Positions 48,959-58,616 of a stretch of 64,000 nt of DNA are shown piece after piece (the first letter of the stretch is position 1; each line of letters opens with the position of its first letter). Under the pieces are notes generated by a model. That model did not search any database and was not told the DNA's origin. It saw only the letters and a program-made list of their open reading frames with translations. Position numbers and translations under genes: made by a program. The stretch comes from Gammaproteobacteria bacterium (GTDB lineage: Bacteria; Pseudomonadota; Gammaproteobacteria; Ga0077536), in contig OZ244144.1 in NCBI GenBank assembly GCA_965216305.1, forward strand, positions 2,036,248-2,100,247, in the 5' to 3' direction.

Positions 48959-51100
48959 ATGAAACAAGTACTTCAGGATTTGTCGTCAGGACAAACTATC
49001 GTTGAGGACGTCCCGGAACCAATGCCCGCGCCGGGCGCGTTACTGATCAGAACTTCCAGGACCTTAATTTCCGCGGGGACCGAGAAGATGCTTATAGATT
49101 TCGGGAAAGGGAACCTGATTTCGAAGGCGATGCAGCAACCCGATAAAGTGAAACAGGTTCTGGATAAGGTTAGAACGGATGGGCTCGGGCCCACGCTCCA
49201 AACCGTGCGTAGCAAGCTTGGTCAGCCGTTACCAACTGGCTACTGCAATGTCGGAGTTGCCGAATCCATTGGTGCTGGCGTGGCGGGTTTCGATGTAGGC
49301 GACCGAATTGCTTCAAATGGAAAGCACGCCGGTGTGGTCTCGGTTCCCCAAAACCTGTGCGCCAGGATCCCCGATTCAGTTCCCGATGACGAAGCGGCAT
49401 TTACAGTGGTGGGAGCCATAAGTCTCCAGGGCGTCCGCCTCGTTGCGCCTGCTTTAGGCGAATGTGTCGTCGTGATTGGCCTGGGGTTGATAGGTCTCAT
49501 CACCGTCCAACTCCTGCGGGCACATGGATGTCGGGTTCTCGGCATCGACTACGATTCGCGGAAGGTCGACATGGCCAAGGAGTTCGGTGCAACGGCAATC
49601 AATCTCGCGAGCGGTGATGACCCCATTGCTGCCGCAATGACCTTCTCGCGAAAGCGGGGTGTTGACGCAGTAATTATTACCGCTTCAACAAAGAGTAACG
49701 AACCGGTGCATCAGGCCGCGACGATGTGCCGGAAAAGGGGACGCATCGTTCTCGTCGGTGTGGTTGGTCTCGAACTATCGCGCGCCGACTTTTTCGAGAA
49801 GGAACTCACGTTCCAGGTCTCCTGCTCGTATGGCCCGGGTCGGTACGATCCGCGCTATGAGGAGGGCGGGCAGGATTACCCGGTGGGCTATGTCCGGTGG
49901 ACGGAACAGCGAAATTTCGAAGCGTTTCTGGACATGATTGCGGAGCGTCGTTTGGACATGCGGCCGCTAATTTCCCATCATTTCGATATTGAACGCGCAA
50001 CTGAAGCATACGACCTAATCAGCGGCGATTCGCCGTCGCTCGGCGTGCTCCTCCGCTATCCGAAGTCGGACGAAAACCCGCGACACGCAAATACAGTTGA
50101 ACTCGCAACCCGAGATCCGAAAGAACGGCCGGGCAATGCTACAGTTGGGTTCATCGGTGCAGGAAACTACGCGTCGCAAGTTCTGATTCCCGCGTTCGCG
50201 AAAACCGAGGCGCAGCTGCGTGCGGTTGTATCTGCGTCCGGAGTGAGCGCGGTACACATAGGCAAAACTTTCGCTATCTCACAAGCCTCGACCGACACGG
50301 ACGGGGTAATAAGCGACGAAGAGACGAACACCGTCGTAATAACAACACGGCATGATTCGCATGCGCGGCTGGTCTGCGCAGCATTGTCTGCAGCTAAAAG
50401 CGTGTTCGTCGAGAAACCGCTCGCTCTGAATAATGCGCAATTGGATCAGATCGCAGAGGCCTACGAGAGCGTCTCCGCTGACAAGGGCGTAAGACCGAAT
50501 TTGATGGTTGGGTTCAATCGACGTTTCTCCCCGCAAATTGTTGAGCTAAAACGTCTGCTGGATTCCACGAGCCAACCAAAGAGTTTTATTGTTACGGTAA
50601 ATGCTGGTGAAATTCCTCCTGAACATTGGACTCAGGACAAACACATCGGCGGCGGTAGAATTATCGGCGAGGCATGCCACTTCATTGACTTACTTCGTCA
50701 CCTCGCGGGCGTGCCGATTGCCGAGGTTCAGGCAGTCCGCATGGGTTCGAAACCCGGCGTGTCTACCCCGGATGACAAAGCAACGTTCACCCTGGCATTC
50801 GAAGACGGATCTTTTGGAACCGTGCATTATTTTGCTAACGGCAGCAAATCGTTTCCGAAAGAACGCATCGAGGTGTTCTCTGGTGGCGGTATTATCCAAC
50901 TCGACAATTTCCGCAAGATGAAAGGCTATGGCTGGCCTGGTTTCAAATCGATGAACCTCAGGCGTCAGGACAAGGGCAACGGTGCGTGCGTACAGGCGTT
51001 TGTGGACAGTGTCACCACCGGCGCCGAGTCTCCGATCCCATATAACGAATTAATGGAAGTCCATCGACGCACATTCCAAATCGCAGATCTGCTCGGCTGA
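48959..51100 (+). CDS. Bi-domain oxidoreductase: N-terminal Zn-dependent alcohol dehydrogenase (MDR) domain fused to a C-terminal Gfo/Idh/MocA oxidoreductase domain.
   Basis: 713 aa. Residues ~1-340 have MDR features (GroES-like fold, Rossmann VVIGLGLIGL). Residues ~380-713 have Gfo/Idh/MocA motifs (VGFIGAGNYAS, VFVEKPLA, GGRIIGEACHFIDLLRHL). Confidence 0.8.
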   Translation: MKQVLQDLSSGQTIVEDVPEPMPAPGALLIRTSRTLISAGTEKMLIDFGKGNLISKAMQQPDKVKQVLDKVRTDGLGPTLQTVRSKLGQPLPTGYCNVGVAESIGAGVAGFDVGDRIASNGKHAGVVSVPQNLCARIPDSVPDDEAAFTVVGAISLQGVRLVAPALGECVVVIGLGLIGLITVQLLRAHGCRVLGIDYDSRKVDMAKEFGATAINLASGDDPIAAAMTFSRKRGVDAVIITASTKSNEPVHQAATMCRKRGRIVLVGVVGLELSRADFFEKELTFQVSCSYGPGRYDPRYEEGGQDYPVGYVRWTEQRNFEAFLDMIAERRLDMRPLISHHFDIERATEAYDLISGDSPSLGVLLRYPKSDENPRHANTVELATRDPKERPGNATVGFIGAGNYASQVLIPAFAKTEAQLRAVVSASGVSAVHIGKTFAISQASTDTDGVISDEETNTVVITTRHDSHARLVCAALSAAKSVFVEKPLALNNAQLDQIAEAYESVSADKGVRPNLMVGFNRRFSPQIVELKRLLDSTSQPKSFIVTVNAGEIPPEHWTQDKHIGGGRIIGEACHFIDLLRHLAGVPIAEVQAVRMGSKPGVSTPDDKATFTLAFEDGSFGTVHYFANGSKSFPKERIEVFSGGGIIQLDNFRKMKGYGWPGFKSMNLRRQDKGNGACVQAFVDSVTTGAESPIPYNELMEVHRRTFQIADLLG

Positions 51101-52770
51101 TGAGTTTCAACAAGCTGTGCCGTTACTGGCGCACGGTTAAGTATTTAAAGGCAAGCCAGATACTCTTCTACGGCATTCGGCGGGGGCTGAAATTTCCCCG
51201 CCGATTATCGCCGCCGCGTTCTCCCTCTATAAGGCGCGGTTTTGCGTTGCAACCGCCGTTGCCCGCAAAGACCACATACAGTCCGAAGGCTTGTTTCGTG
51301 TTCCTTCGCCGGGAACTCGATTTCGGCGAATTCATCGACTGGAACTGCTCTGAAATGCCCGCGCTGTGGCGATATAACCTGCATTATTTCGACTACCTGC
51401 GCCAGGAGCAGATGCCGCTCGAGCAAGGTCTTGCGTTAATTAATGACTGGATTCTGCGTCACAGCCACATTGACGGCATCGGCTGGCACCCCTACCCGAC
51501 GTCATTGCGACTCGTTAACTGGATTTACTTTCTTTCCTCAGAACCGGGCGATTCGGTGCTTGAGCGGCAAATCGTGGACAGCATCGCAACGCAGGCCGAG
51601 TGGCTACACAAGAACGTTGAGTACCACATTCTCGCCAATCACTTGTTCGAAAACGCGAAGGGGCTGCTATTCGCCGGTGCATTTCTGGGCGGTGCTATTG
51701 GAAATAAACACATCAAAAGAGGGCTCGGGATCTTACGGACCGAGCTCGACGAGCAATTCCTTGACGACGGGGGGCATTATGAGCGTACCCCGATGTATCA
51801 CGCCATACTGACTCAAGATCTACTCGATTTGAGTAATCTGTTTTCAAGTAACCCGGGAATATTCACACAGGGCGACCTCGATGCCGTGAATGGCCGCGCC
51901 CGCCTGGCGCTCGATTTTCTCGATGCGCTGGATCCGCCGGACAGTTCAACGCTCTTCTTTAATGATTCGACGAATGCGATCGCGCCGGAGCCGCCGCAAC
52001 TGATGCAATTCGCCCGTCGGCTCATGGATTATCCTGATCCGGGCAGGCCGCGAGACCTGGGTGTTATGCCGTTTGCTAGCTCGGGTTACTACATCGTACG
52101 GGAACCCGGCAATCTTCTGGTGTTCGATTGCGGCGAAATTGGCCCGGATTACCAGCCGGGTCATGCTCACTGTGACACACTGAGCTATGAGTACTTTTTA
52201 AATGGCCGTAAAGTCATCACGAATTGTGGAAACTTTGATTACGAAACGAGCGATGAGCGACAGTTCGCGCGCAGCACGGCAGCACACAACACAGTTGTCG
52301 TCGATGGGGAAGAGCAATCAGAGGTTTGGGGCGCATTCAGGGTCGCACGGCGAGCGCGGCCAGTTTATGCGACGTTAACCCGCATTGACCCCGCTCATGC
52401 CAGGTTCAGCGGTGCGCACAACGGCTATCAACGCTTGCGTCCGGGGGCGATTCACGAGCGCACGATGGACTACTTCCGCGGCGGTGCATTCAGGGTTGAA
52501 GATACAATAGCGGCAGAAAGTACACATAGCGTCGAGAGCTACGTACATTTCGTAGCTGGTATGCGAATTGTGCCGACAGAAGAGGGGTTCCTGATCTTCG
52601 ATGAGTATGAAGAACTCGTTTTGAAACTCACTCCATTTGGTGCCGACGCCGTGGAAGTTGTTGCTTCAATACGATTTCCCGAATTCGGTGTGAAGGAAGA
52701 CGCAATGTCGATCAGGATCCGAAAATCCGGCGCCGCTCCTTTCAGCTTCGGATATGAAGTAACGCCATAA
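51100..52770 (+). CDS. Heparinase II/III-like family protein, cytoplasmic (no signal peptide); candidate polymer/sugar-modifying lyase or uronyl epimerase.
   Basis: 556 aa. Central region with the conserved W/H/Y-rich alpha-toroid (WHPYPTSLRLVNWIY..., HILANHLFENAKGL, GGHYERTPMYH) and a C-terminal beta-sandwich (GHAHCDTLSYEYF...AAHNTVVVDG) typical of the Hepar_II_III family. ATGA overlap with the upstream gene. Confidence 0.7.
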   Translation: MSFNKLCRYWRTVKYLKASQILFYGIRRGLKFPRRLSPPRSPSIRRGFALQPPLPAKTTYSPKACFVFLRRELDFGEFIDWNCSEMPALWRYNLHYFDYLRQEQMPLEQGLALINDWILRHSHIDGIGWHPYPTSLRLVNWIYFLSSEPGDSVLERQIVDSIATQAEWLHKNVEYHILANHLFENAKGLLFAGAFLGGAIGNKHIKRGLGILRTELDEQFLDDGGHYERTPMYHAILTQDLLDLSNLFSSNPGIFTQGDLDAVNGRARLALDFLDALDPPDSSTLFFNDSTNAIAPEPPQLMQFARRLMDYPDPGRPRDLGVMPFASSGYYIVREPGNLLVFDCGEIGPDYQPGHAHCDTLSYEYFLNGRKVITNCGNFDYETSDERQFARSTAAHNTVVVDGEEQSEVWGAFRVARRARPVYATLTRIDPAHARFSGAHNGYQRLRPGAIHERTMDYFRGGAFRVEDTIAAESTHSVESYVHFVAGMRIVPTEEGFLIFDEYEELVLKLTPFGADAVEVVASIRFPEFGVKEDAMSIRIRKSGAAPFSFGYEVTP

Positions 52771-52904
52771 AGAGTGCGAACTACGTTCTAATACCCTTAT
52801 TTTTCATGCATTTGACATAGAAACTAAACTATACTCGGCCGCTCGAAATTTCATCGGCCGCATCATTTGAGTGCGGGTACGTAACGGCAATTGGCGCGGC
52901 ATTC

Positions 52905-54161
52905 ATGCGGATCCTGTTTCTCTCCCACTATTTTCCTCCGGAAGTTAACGCCCCGGCATCGCGGACGTTTGAGCACTGCCGCGAATGGGTTCGCCTCGGC
53001 CATGAGGTTACCGTCGTAACTTGCGCGCCGAATCATCCGCGAGGCCAGGTCTACGACGGCTACCGTAATCGCTTGTTTCAACGTGAAGAAATCGAAGGCA
53101 TAAACGTAATCAGGGTTTGGACCTATCTTTCCGCGAACGAGGGTTTTATCAAGCGCACCATGAATTACGTCTCGTTCATGCTGGCCTGCATTTTCACGGT
53201 GCCGGGCATGCCGAAGTGCGATATCGTGATCTCGACGTCTCCGCAGTTCTTTAATGGATTAGCCGGTTTTTTCGTCAGTCGTCTGAAATCGGCGCCCTGG
53301 CTACTCGAAATCAGAGACCTTTGGCCGGAGTCCATTCTGGCAGTAGGCGCCATAACAAATACCACCTTGATTCGCAGCCTGCGCTGGCTCGAATCGTTCG
53401 CTTACCGAAAGTGCAACCACATAGTGCCGGTAACGGATGCTTTCAGGCGACATATGCTCGACATGGGAATTGCCGCGGACAAGATTACAGTAATCAAGAA
53501 TGGCGCTTCCCTGGATTTCTACGACGACACTAACTCGGACGGTGGTTTGCGAACTCAGTTGGGGTTACAGGACAAGTTCATTGCGGCGTATTTTGGTACC
53601 CACGGAATGGCGCACCATCTCGAAACAGTCCTGGAAGCTGCAGCAGAACTCCAAGACAATGAACACGTCGTATTCTTGCTCGTTGGTGATGGTGCGGAAC
53701 GAGTCAGGCTCGAACAGCAACTGGCATCCATGAAGCTAGATAACGTAATGATGCTTGGTCAACAGCCGAAAGAAAAAATGCCAGCATTGTGGGCGATGAG
53801 CGACGCAAGTTTAGTGCTGCTGCGACGGACCGACCTGTTCAAAACGGTCATTCCATCGAAAATATTCGAAGCGATGGCGATGGCAAAGCCGATTATCCTT
53901 GGTGTCGAAGGTGAGTCGAAAGAAATCGTTGAAACTGCCGGAGCAGGGATTGCGATACCCCCCGAAGACGCCAAGGCGCTTGCGTCGGCTGTCTCGACAC
54001 TCGCCGAAGACGCCGGCGCCTGTGAGTCTTATGGCCGCAATGGCAAGTCCTATGTGCACGAATATTTTGACCGTAAGGTGCTTGCGAAACGATACGAGGG
54101 CTTACTTGCGGAAGTGGCGAAATCGCGTAACGCACAAGGAATGAAGAGGAAAGCAAATTGA
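52905..54161 (+). CDS. Glycosyltransferase family 4 (WbuB/WcaI-like).
   Basis: 418 aa. N-terminal MRILFLSHYFPPEVNAPASR is typical of WbuB-like GT4. C-terminal E-x7-E (EAMAMAKPIILGVEGESKE). Confidence 0.85.
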   Translation: MRILFLSHYFPPEVNAPASRTFEHCREWVRLGHEVTVVTCAPNHPRGQVYDGYRNRLFQREEIEGINVIRVWTYLSANEGFIKRTMNYVSFMLACIFTVPGMPKCDIVISTSPQFFNGLAGFFVSRLKSAPWLLEIRDLWPESILAVGAITNTTLIRSLRWLESFAYRKCNHIVPVTDAFRRHMLDMGIAADKITVIKNGASLDFYDDTNSDGGLRTQLGLQDKFIAAYFGTHGMAHHLETVLEAAAELQDNEHVVFLLVGDGAERVRLEQQLASMKLDNVMMLGQQPKEKMPALWAMSDASLVLLRRTDLFKTVIPSKIFEAMAMAKPIILGVEGESKEIVETAGAGIAIPPEDAKALASAVSTLAEDAGACESYGRNGKSYVHEYFDRKVLAKRYEGLLAEVAKSRNAQGMKRKAN

Positions 54162-55732
54162 ACACAGCCGCCACGCAGTATTGGAAGAATTCGACGCTCG
54201 GCTGGCTTTTAGTCATTGTCGCTGCGTCGGCCGGTGCGTATATCTTCTACGAAAGCGTCGAATTAATGGTGAGTTGGTGGTCGAATCGCGAAGAATACAG
54301 CCACGGTTTCCTTATTCCGCTGATCACCGTCTACCTTATTTGGCAGCGCAGCGACCAATTGCGCAAGATTGAGTTCTCGGGGTCGTGGCTCGGTGTTCTG
54401 GTCGTCTTATTTGGCCTGTTTCTGTATTTTCTGGGTGAACTCAGCACAATCTACACGGTTGTGCAGTACGGTTTTGTGCTGGTGATTTACGGTGTTGTCT
54501 GGGCATACATCGGCACGAAGGCTTTCAAGGTAGTAGCCATCCCCCTGCTGCTGCTCTTCTTCATGATCCCGTTCCCCAACTTCATCTACAACAACCTCTC
54601 CTCCCAGCTCCAACTGCTTTCTTCCGAAATCGGCGTTGCCGTAATCCGCCTGTTCGGCATCAGCGTATTCCTCGAAGGCAATGTCATCGATCTCGGAACG
54701 TACAAGCTCCAGGTCGTCGAAGCGTGCAACGGCTTGCGCTATCTGTTTCCGCTGATGACGCTTGGCCTGATCGTGGCCTATCTCTATCACGCAGCGTTAT
54801 GGAAGCGCGCGATTATTTTCTTCTCGACAATTCCTATCACGATCCTGATGAACAGTTTCCGGATCGGCGTGATCGGTGTGATGGTGGAGTACTGGGGGCA
54901 GTCGATGGCGGAGGGGTTCCTCCACGACTTCGAGGGCTGGGTAATCTTTATGGCGTGTTTCGGGATCTTGTTCCTGGAAATGTGGCTATTGATGCGCATT
55001 ACGAAGGATAAACGGCCGCTCAACGAGGTGTTCGGTATCGATCCGCCCGAGCCTGTTGATGAGAACGCCCAATGGCGTACCCGCCCGTTGCCGGTGACGA
55101 TGATAGTAGCCACCGTGCTGATCGTGGGCGCCCTGGTGCCGGCTACGGCGATTCCTAACCGGGTTGAATCCGTTCCCGAGCGCGAATCATTCGCGACGTT
55201 CCCGTTGTCGTTCGATGGTTGGACGGGACGGTCGGAAACGCTGGAACAAATCTACCTCGACGCGCTCAAGCTCACGGACTACGCGCTCATTAACTATACG
55301 AACGACACGGACAACGTCGTGAATTTCTATGCAGCGTACTACGCGTCGCAGCGTAAGGGTCAGTCCGCTCATTCGCCGCGCTCGTGCATACCGGGTGGCG
55401 GCTGGCGCATCGAGTCGCTCACACAGGTTTCGGTGCCGGAAGGCGCACCGGGGGGCGGGGATTTGCCGGTGAACCGGGTACTGATTACGAACGGCAATCA
55501 CAAACAACTCGTCTACTACTGGTTTCAGCAGCGGGGTCGGATCATCACGAATGAATACCTCGTGAAGTGGTTCGTGTTCTGGGATGCGATGACGAAGAAC
55601 CGCACGGATGGATCCTTGATCCGGTTGACGATACCGATTGCTCCGGGCAAGGACGTCGATGAACTTGAGAAGTTGTTGCGCAAGTTCGCCCGCGATGCCC
55701 GCGACATCCTGCCGGCCTACGTGCCTGGGTAG
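54158..55732 (+). CDS. xrtA: Exosortase A (XrtA) fused to a C-terminal EpsI-family domain.
   Basis: N-terminal ~300 aa with 8 TM helices and exosortase active-site Cys motif (VVEACNGLRYLFP) plus conserved Arg/Asn positions. C-terminal ~200 aa periplasmic domain resembling EpsI. TTG start with AAGAGGAAAG RBS, overlapping the upstream stop. Confidence 0.8.
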   Translation: MNTAATQYWKNSTLGWLLVIVAASAGAYIFYESVELMVSWWSNREEYSHGFLIPLITVYLIWQRSDQLRKIEFSGSWLGVLVVLFGLFLYFLGELSTIYTVVQYGFVLVIYGVVWAYIGTKAFKVVAIPLLLLFFMIPFPNFIYNNLSSQLQLLSSEIGVAVIRLFGISVFLEGNVIDLGTYKLQVVEACNGLRYLFPLMTLGLIVAYLYHAALWKRAIIFFSTIPITILMNSFRIGVIGVMVEYWGQSMAEGFLHDFEGWVIFMACFGILFLEMWLLMRITKDKRPLNEVFGIDPPEPVDENAQWRTRPLPVTMIVATVLIVGALVPATAIPNRVESVPERESFATFPLSFDGWTGRSETLEQIYLDALKLTDYALINYTNDTDNVVNFYAAYYASQRKGQSAHSPRSCIPGGGWRIESLTQVSVPEGAPGGGDLPVNRVLITNGNHKQLVYYWFQQRGRIITNEYLVKWFVFWDAMTKNRTDGSLIRLTIPIAPGKDVDELEKLLRKFARDARDILPAYVPG

Positions 55733-55738
55733 ACATCC

Positions 55739-57391
55739 ATGCTGTCGTTCTTCACCTTCATCATCGCGATGTTCATTACGATGGTGTTGATTCCGCCGTT
55801 GATGCGCTCGGCCGAAAAATTATCGTTCATCGATGCGCCCGGCGAGCGCAAGGTTCACGAAATCCCGATCCCGCGCATTGGCGGCGTCGCGATGGTGGCC
55901 GGTGCGGTAACGCCGATACTCATGTGGGTAGAGCGTCCGCCGCTTGTGCTCGCGTTTCTCGTGGGGATTGGGATTATTCTGGTTTTCGGCGTTTGGGACG
56001 ATCGCAAGGCGCTCGATTTCAGGTTGAAATTCCTCGGGCAATTTCTCGCGATCAGCGTGGTCGTGATTTATGGCGGTGTCGAGATCCGCTATTTGCCATT
56101 TCACAGTATCGATCCCGTGCCGGCCTACGTGTCGATCCCGTTTACGTATTTTGCCTTGCTCGGGGTGACGAATGCGATCAATCTCGCGGACGGCCTCGAC
56201 GGCCTGGCGGGCGGTACGATGCTCCTCAGCATTGCGGCCATCGGACTGCTCGCGTTCCTGGCCGGTGACGATCTGCTCGTGATCTTTTGCCTCGCCGTGA
56301 TGGGCAGCATCATCGGCTTTCTGCGCTACAACACGTATCCCGCGCAGGTTTTCATGGGCGACTGCGGCAGCCAGTTTCTTGGTTTTTCGGTGGGTGTGCT
56401 TGTGATCATTCTCACCCAAACCAGCAATCCGGCGCTGAGCCCGTCCATGACGTTACTAATACTCGGGCTACCGATCGTCGACACCTTCATCGTGATGGGG
56501 CAGCGAGTATACGAGGGACGCTCGCCGTTCAAGCCCGATCGCAATCACGTGCATCATCGTCTGCTCGAATTCGGCTTCGATCACTATGAAGCCGTGCTTA
56601 TCATTTATATCGCGCAGGCCGCGCTAGTAACCAGCGCATTCGTCTTCCGCTTCGAAACGGATCTGTTCAATTTGCTTGTGTTTGCCGCGGCGATGGTTGG
56701 CATTCTTTTCGCGTTCAACACCGCGGAAAGACTTGGCTGGTCGGCACATGGCAGCCTTGGCGCGGGGTCGCGCACGCAGTTGGGTACGTTCGTGCGCAGG
56801 CTGCGGGCGAGCGGCGTGTTGTCAGACTACCCGGTGGTATTCGTCGCGGTAGCCGTGCCGTGCTATCTGCTGTACGCAATTATGCATTCAGGTCAGATCC
56901 CGCTGGATGGCACCGTCTCATCGCTCGTGCTGTTCATCATTGCCGCGGCAGCGCTGGCGTTGTTTCGGCAATCCGAGGGGATTCATCTGATCGAGCGCGT
57001 GGTGGTTTACGTCGCGGCAACGATGGCCGTGTATTACTGGCATACCACCACCATGCGCTACCAGGGTCCGTACAGCTTCGAAAACGTGTTCTTCCTGCTG
57101 CTCACAACCGCGATTGTCGTGAGCTATCGCTTTGCTCAACCGCGCAAGTTCACCGTCACCCCAACGGATTTTCTCGTGATCTTCCTCGCCGTTGTCGCGC
57201 CGGGGCTGCTCGGATCGCTGGTGACACAAAGCAATATCATGGCGATCGGCGCGAAAACCGTCATTTTGTTCTATGCGATCGAAATGCTCATCGCCCGCTC
57301 GCTCGGGCGCGAACTCGTGTATCGCAGTGCCGTTGCCGGGATTCTTGCGCTGATGACGCTGAAGTGTGGAATCAATCCCGCGTTGTTCTGA
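55739..57391 (+). CDS. Polyprenyl-phosphate N-acetylhexosamine-1-phosphate transferase (WecA/WbpL/MraY-family initiating enzyme) with extended C-terminal membrane domain.
   Basis: PNPT signature motifs (GVWDD, NAINLADGLDGLAGG, VFMGDCGSQFLGF, DRNHVHHRLL). 550 aa versus about 350 aa for canonical WecA; the extra ~200 aa form additional TM helices. Confidence 0.8.
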   Translation: MLSFFTFIIAMFITMVLIPPLMRSAEKLSFIDAPGERKVHEIPIPRIGGVAMVAGAVTPILMWVERPPLVLAFLVGIGIILVFGVWDDRKALDFRLKFLGQFLAISVVVIYGGVEIRYLPFHSIDPVPAYVSIPFTYFALLGVTNAINLADGLDGLAGGTMLLSIAAIGLLAFLAGDDLLVIFCLAVMGSIIGFLRYNTYPAQVFMGDCGSQFLGFSVGVLVIILTQTSNPALSPSMTLLILGLPIVDTFIVMGQRVYEGRSPFKPDRNHVHHRLLEFGFDHYEAVLIIYIAQAALVTSAFVFRFETDLFNLLVFAAAMVGILFAFNTAERLGWSAHGSLGAGSRTQLGTFVRRLRASGVLSDYPVVFVAVAVPCYLLYAIMHSGQIPLDGTVSSLVLFIIAAAALALFRQSEGIHLIERVVVYVAATMAVYYWHTTTMRYQGPYSFENVFFLLLTTAIVVSYRFAQPRKFTVTPTDFLVIFLAVVAPGLLGSLVTQSNIMAIGAKTVILFYAIEMLIARSLGRELVYRSAVAGILALMTLKCGINPALF

Positions 57392-57517
57392 TCGTTCGCC
57401 ACGGCGCAGGCCCATATTAGAACGCTCGTTCGACAGCGAAACCCCGGTGTTTTTTTAGCAGCCACGCATCGCATCGAGTAGAATCCGCGCGTCCACATTC
57501 CAATCGGCAACAGGTTC

Positions 57518-58609
57518 ATGACGAAGAAAATCGCACTCATCACCGGAGTCACCGGCCAGGACGGCGCCTACCTGTCGGAGTTTCTGATCAAAAAAGGTTA
57601 CGAGGTGCACGGTATCAAGCGCCGCTCATCAAGCTTTAATACAAATCGAATCGACCATCTCTACCAGGATCCGCACACCGCGAATGCGAATTTCGTGCTC
57701 CATTACGGTGATCTCACCGACGCGACGAATCTGATCCGGATTGTGCAGGAAGTGCAACCGGACGAAATTTACAACCTCGCGGCCCAGAGTCACGTGGCGG
57801 TCTCGTTCGAAACACCGGAATACACCGCGAACGCCGATGCGCTCGGCACGCTGCGATTGCTCGAGGCGATCCGGATCCTCGGGCGCGAAGAACAAACCCG
57901 TTTTTACCAGGCGTCCACGAGCGAAATGTACGGTGCCGTACGCGAAGTGCCGCAAACGGAATCCACGCCGTTCTATCCGCGCAGCCCGTATGGCGCAGCG
58001 AAGGTTTATGCCTACTGGATTTGCGTGAACTACCGCGAGGCCTACAACATGTTTTGCTGTAACGGGATCCTGTTCAATCATGAATCCCCGATCCGGGGTG
58101 AGACGTTCGTTACCCGTAAAATCACGCGGGCCGCGGCGCGGATCAGCCTTGGACTGCAGGACATTCTGTATCTCGGCAACATGGATTCGCTGCGCGACTG
58201 GGGCCATGCCCGCGATTACGTCGAAGCGATGTGGCTGATGCTGCAACAGGACGAGCCGGACGACTACGTCGTGGCCACCGGCAAACAGGTTTCCGTGCGC
58301 GATTTTGCGGAAATGGCGTTTGCGGAAGTGGGGATCCGGATCGAATGGCGCGGCGAAGGGGTGAAAGAAGAGGGCGTTGATGCCAAGACCGGGATCGTCC
58401 GGATAGCGGTCGACCCGCGCTATTTTCGCCCGACGGAAGTTGAAACGCTGCTGGGGGATCCGAGTAAGGCGCAGGAAAAACTCGGCTGGCGCGCGCGGAC
58501 GTCGCTGTCGGTGATGGTGAAGGAAATGATGGCCGACGACGTGAATGGCGCGGAGAAAGACGAGATGCTCCGCCGTGAAGGCTTCCAGACGTTCGACTAT
58601 TTCGAGTAA
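57518..58609 (+). CDS. gmd: GDP-mannose 4,6-dehydratase.
   Basis: N-terminal [28 protein letters not shown] and active-site STSEMYG plus Yxxx K region. 363 aa. Confidence 0.95.
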   Translation: MTKKIALITGVTGQDGAYLSEFLIKKGYEVHGIKRRSSSFNTNRIDHLYQDPHTANANFVLHYGDLTDATNLIRIVQEVQPDEIYNLAAQSHVAVSFETPEYTANADALGTLRLLEAIRILGREEQTRFYQASTSEMYGAVREVPQTESTPFYPRSPYGAAKVYAYWICVNYREAYNMFCCNGILFNHESPIRGETFVTRKITRAAARISLGLQDILYLGNMDSLRDWGHARDYVEAMWLMLQQDEPDDYVVATGKQVSVRDFAEMAFAEVGIRIEWRGEGVKEEGVDAKTGIVRIAVDPRYFRPTEVETLLGDPSKAQEKLGWRARTSLSVMVKEMMADDVNGAEKDEMLRREGFQTFDYFE

Positions 58610-58616
58610 GCATACG

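Noticed and set aside
48517-49215. Two minus-strand ORFs (48517-48834, 48973-49215) with mutually similar translations.
   Set aside because: They are antisense readings of the duplicated segment (gene remnant plus real 5' end of the oxidoreductase gene). Their similarity is a by-product of the duplication, not evidence of genes.
57440-57460. T7 tract (ccccggtgttttttt) between the WecA-like gene and gmd as a terminator.
   Set aside because: No complementary upstream stem could be found for the preceding GC segment.
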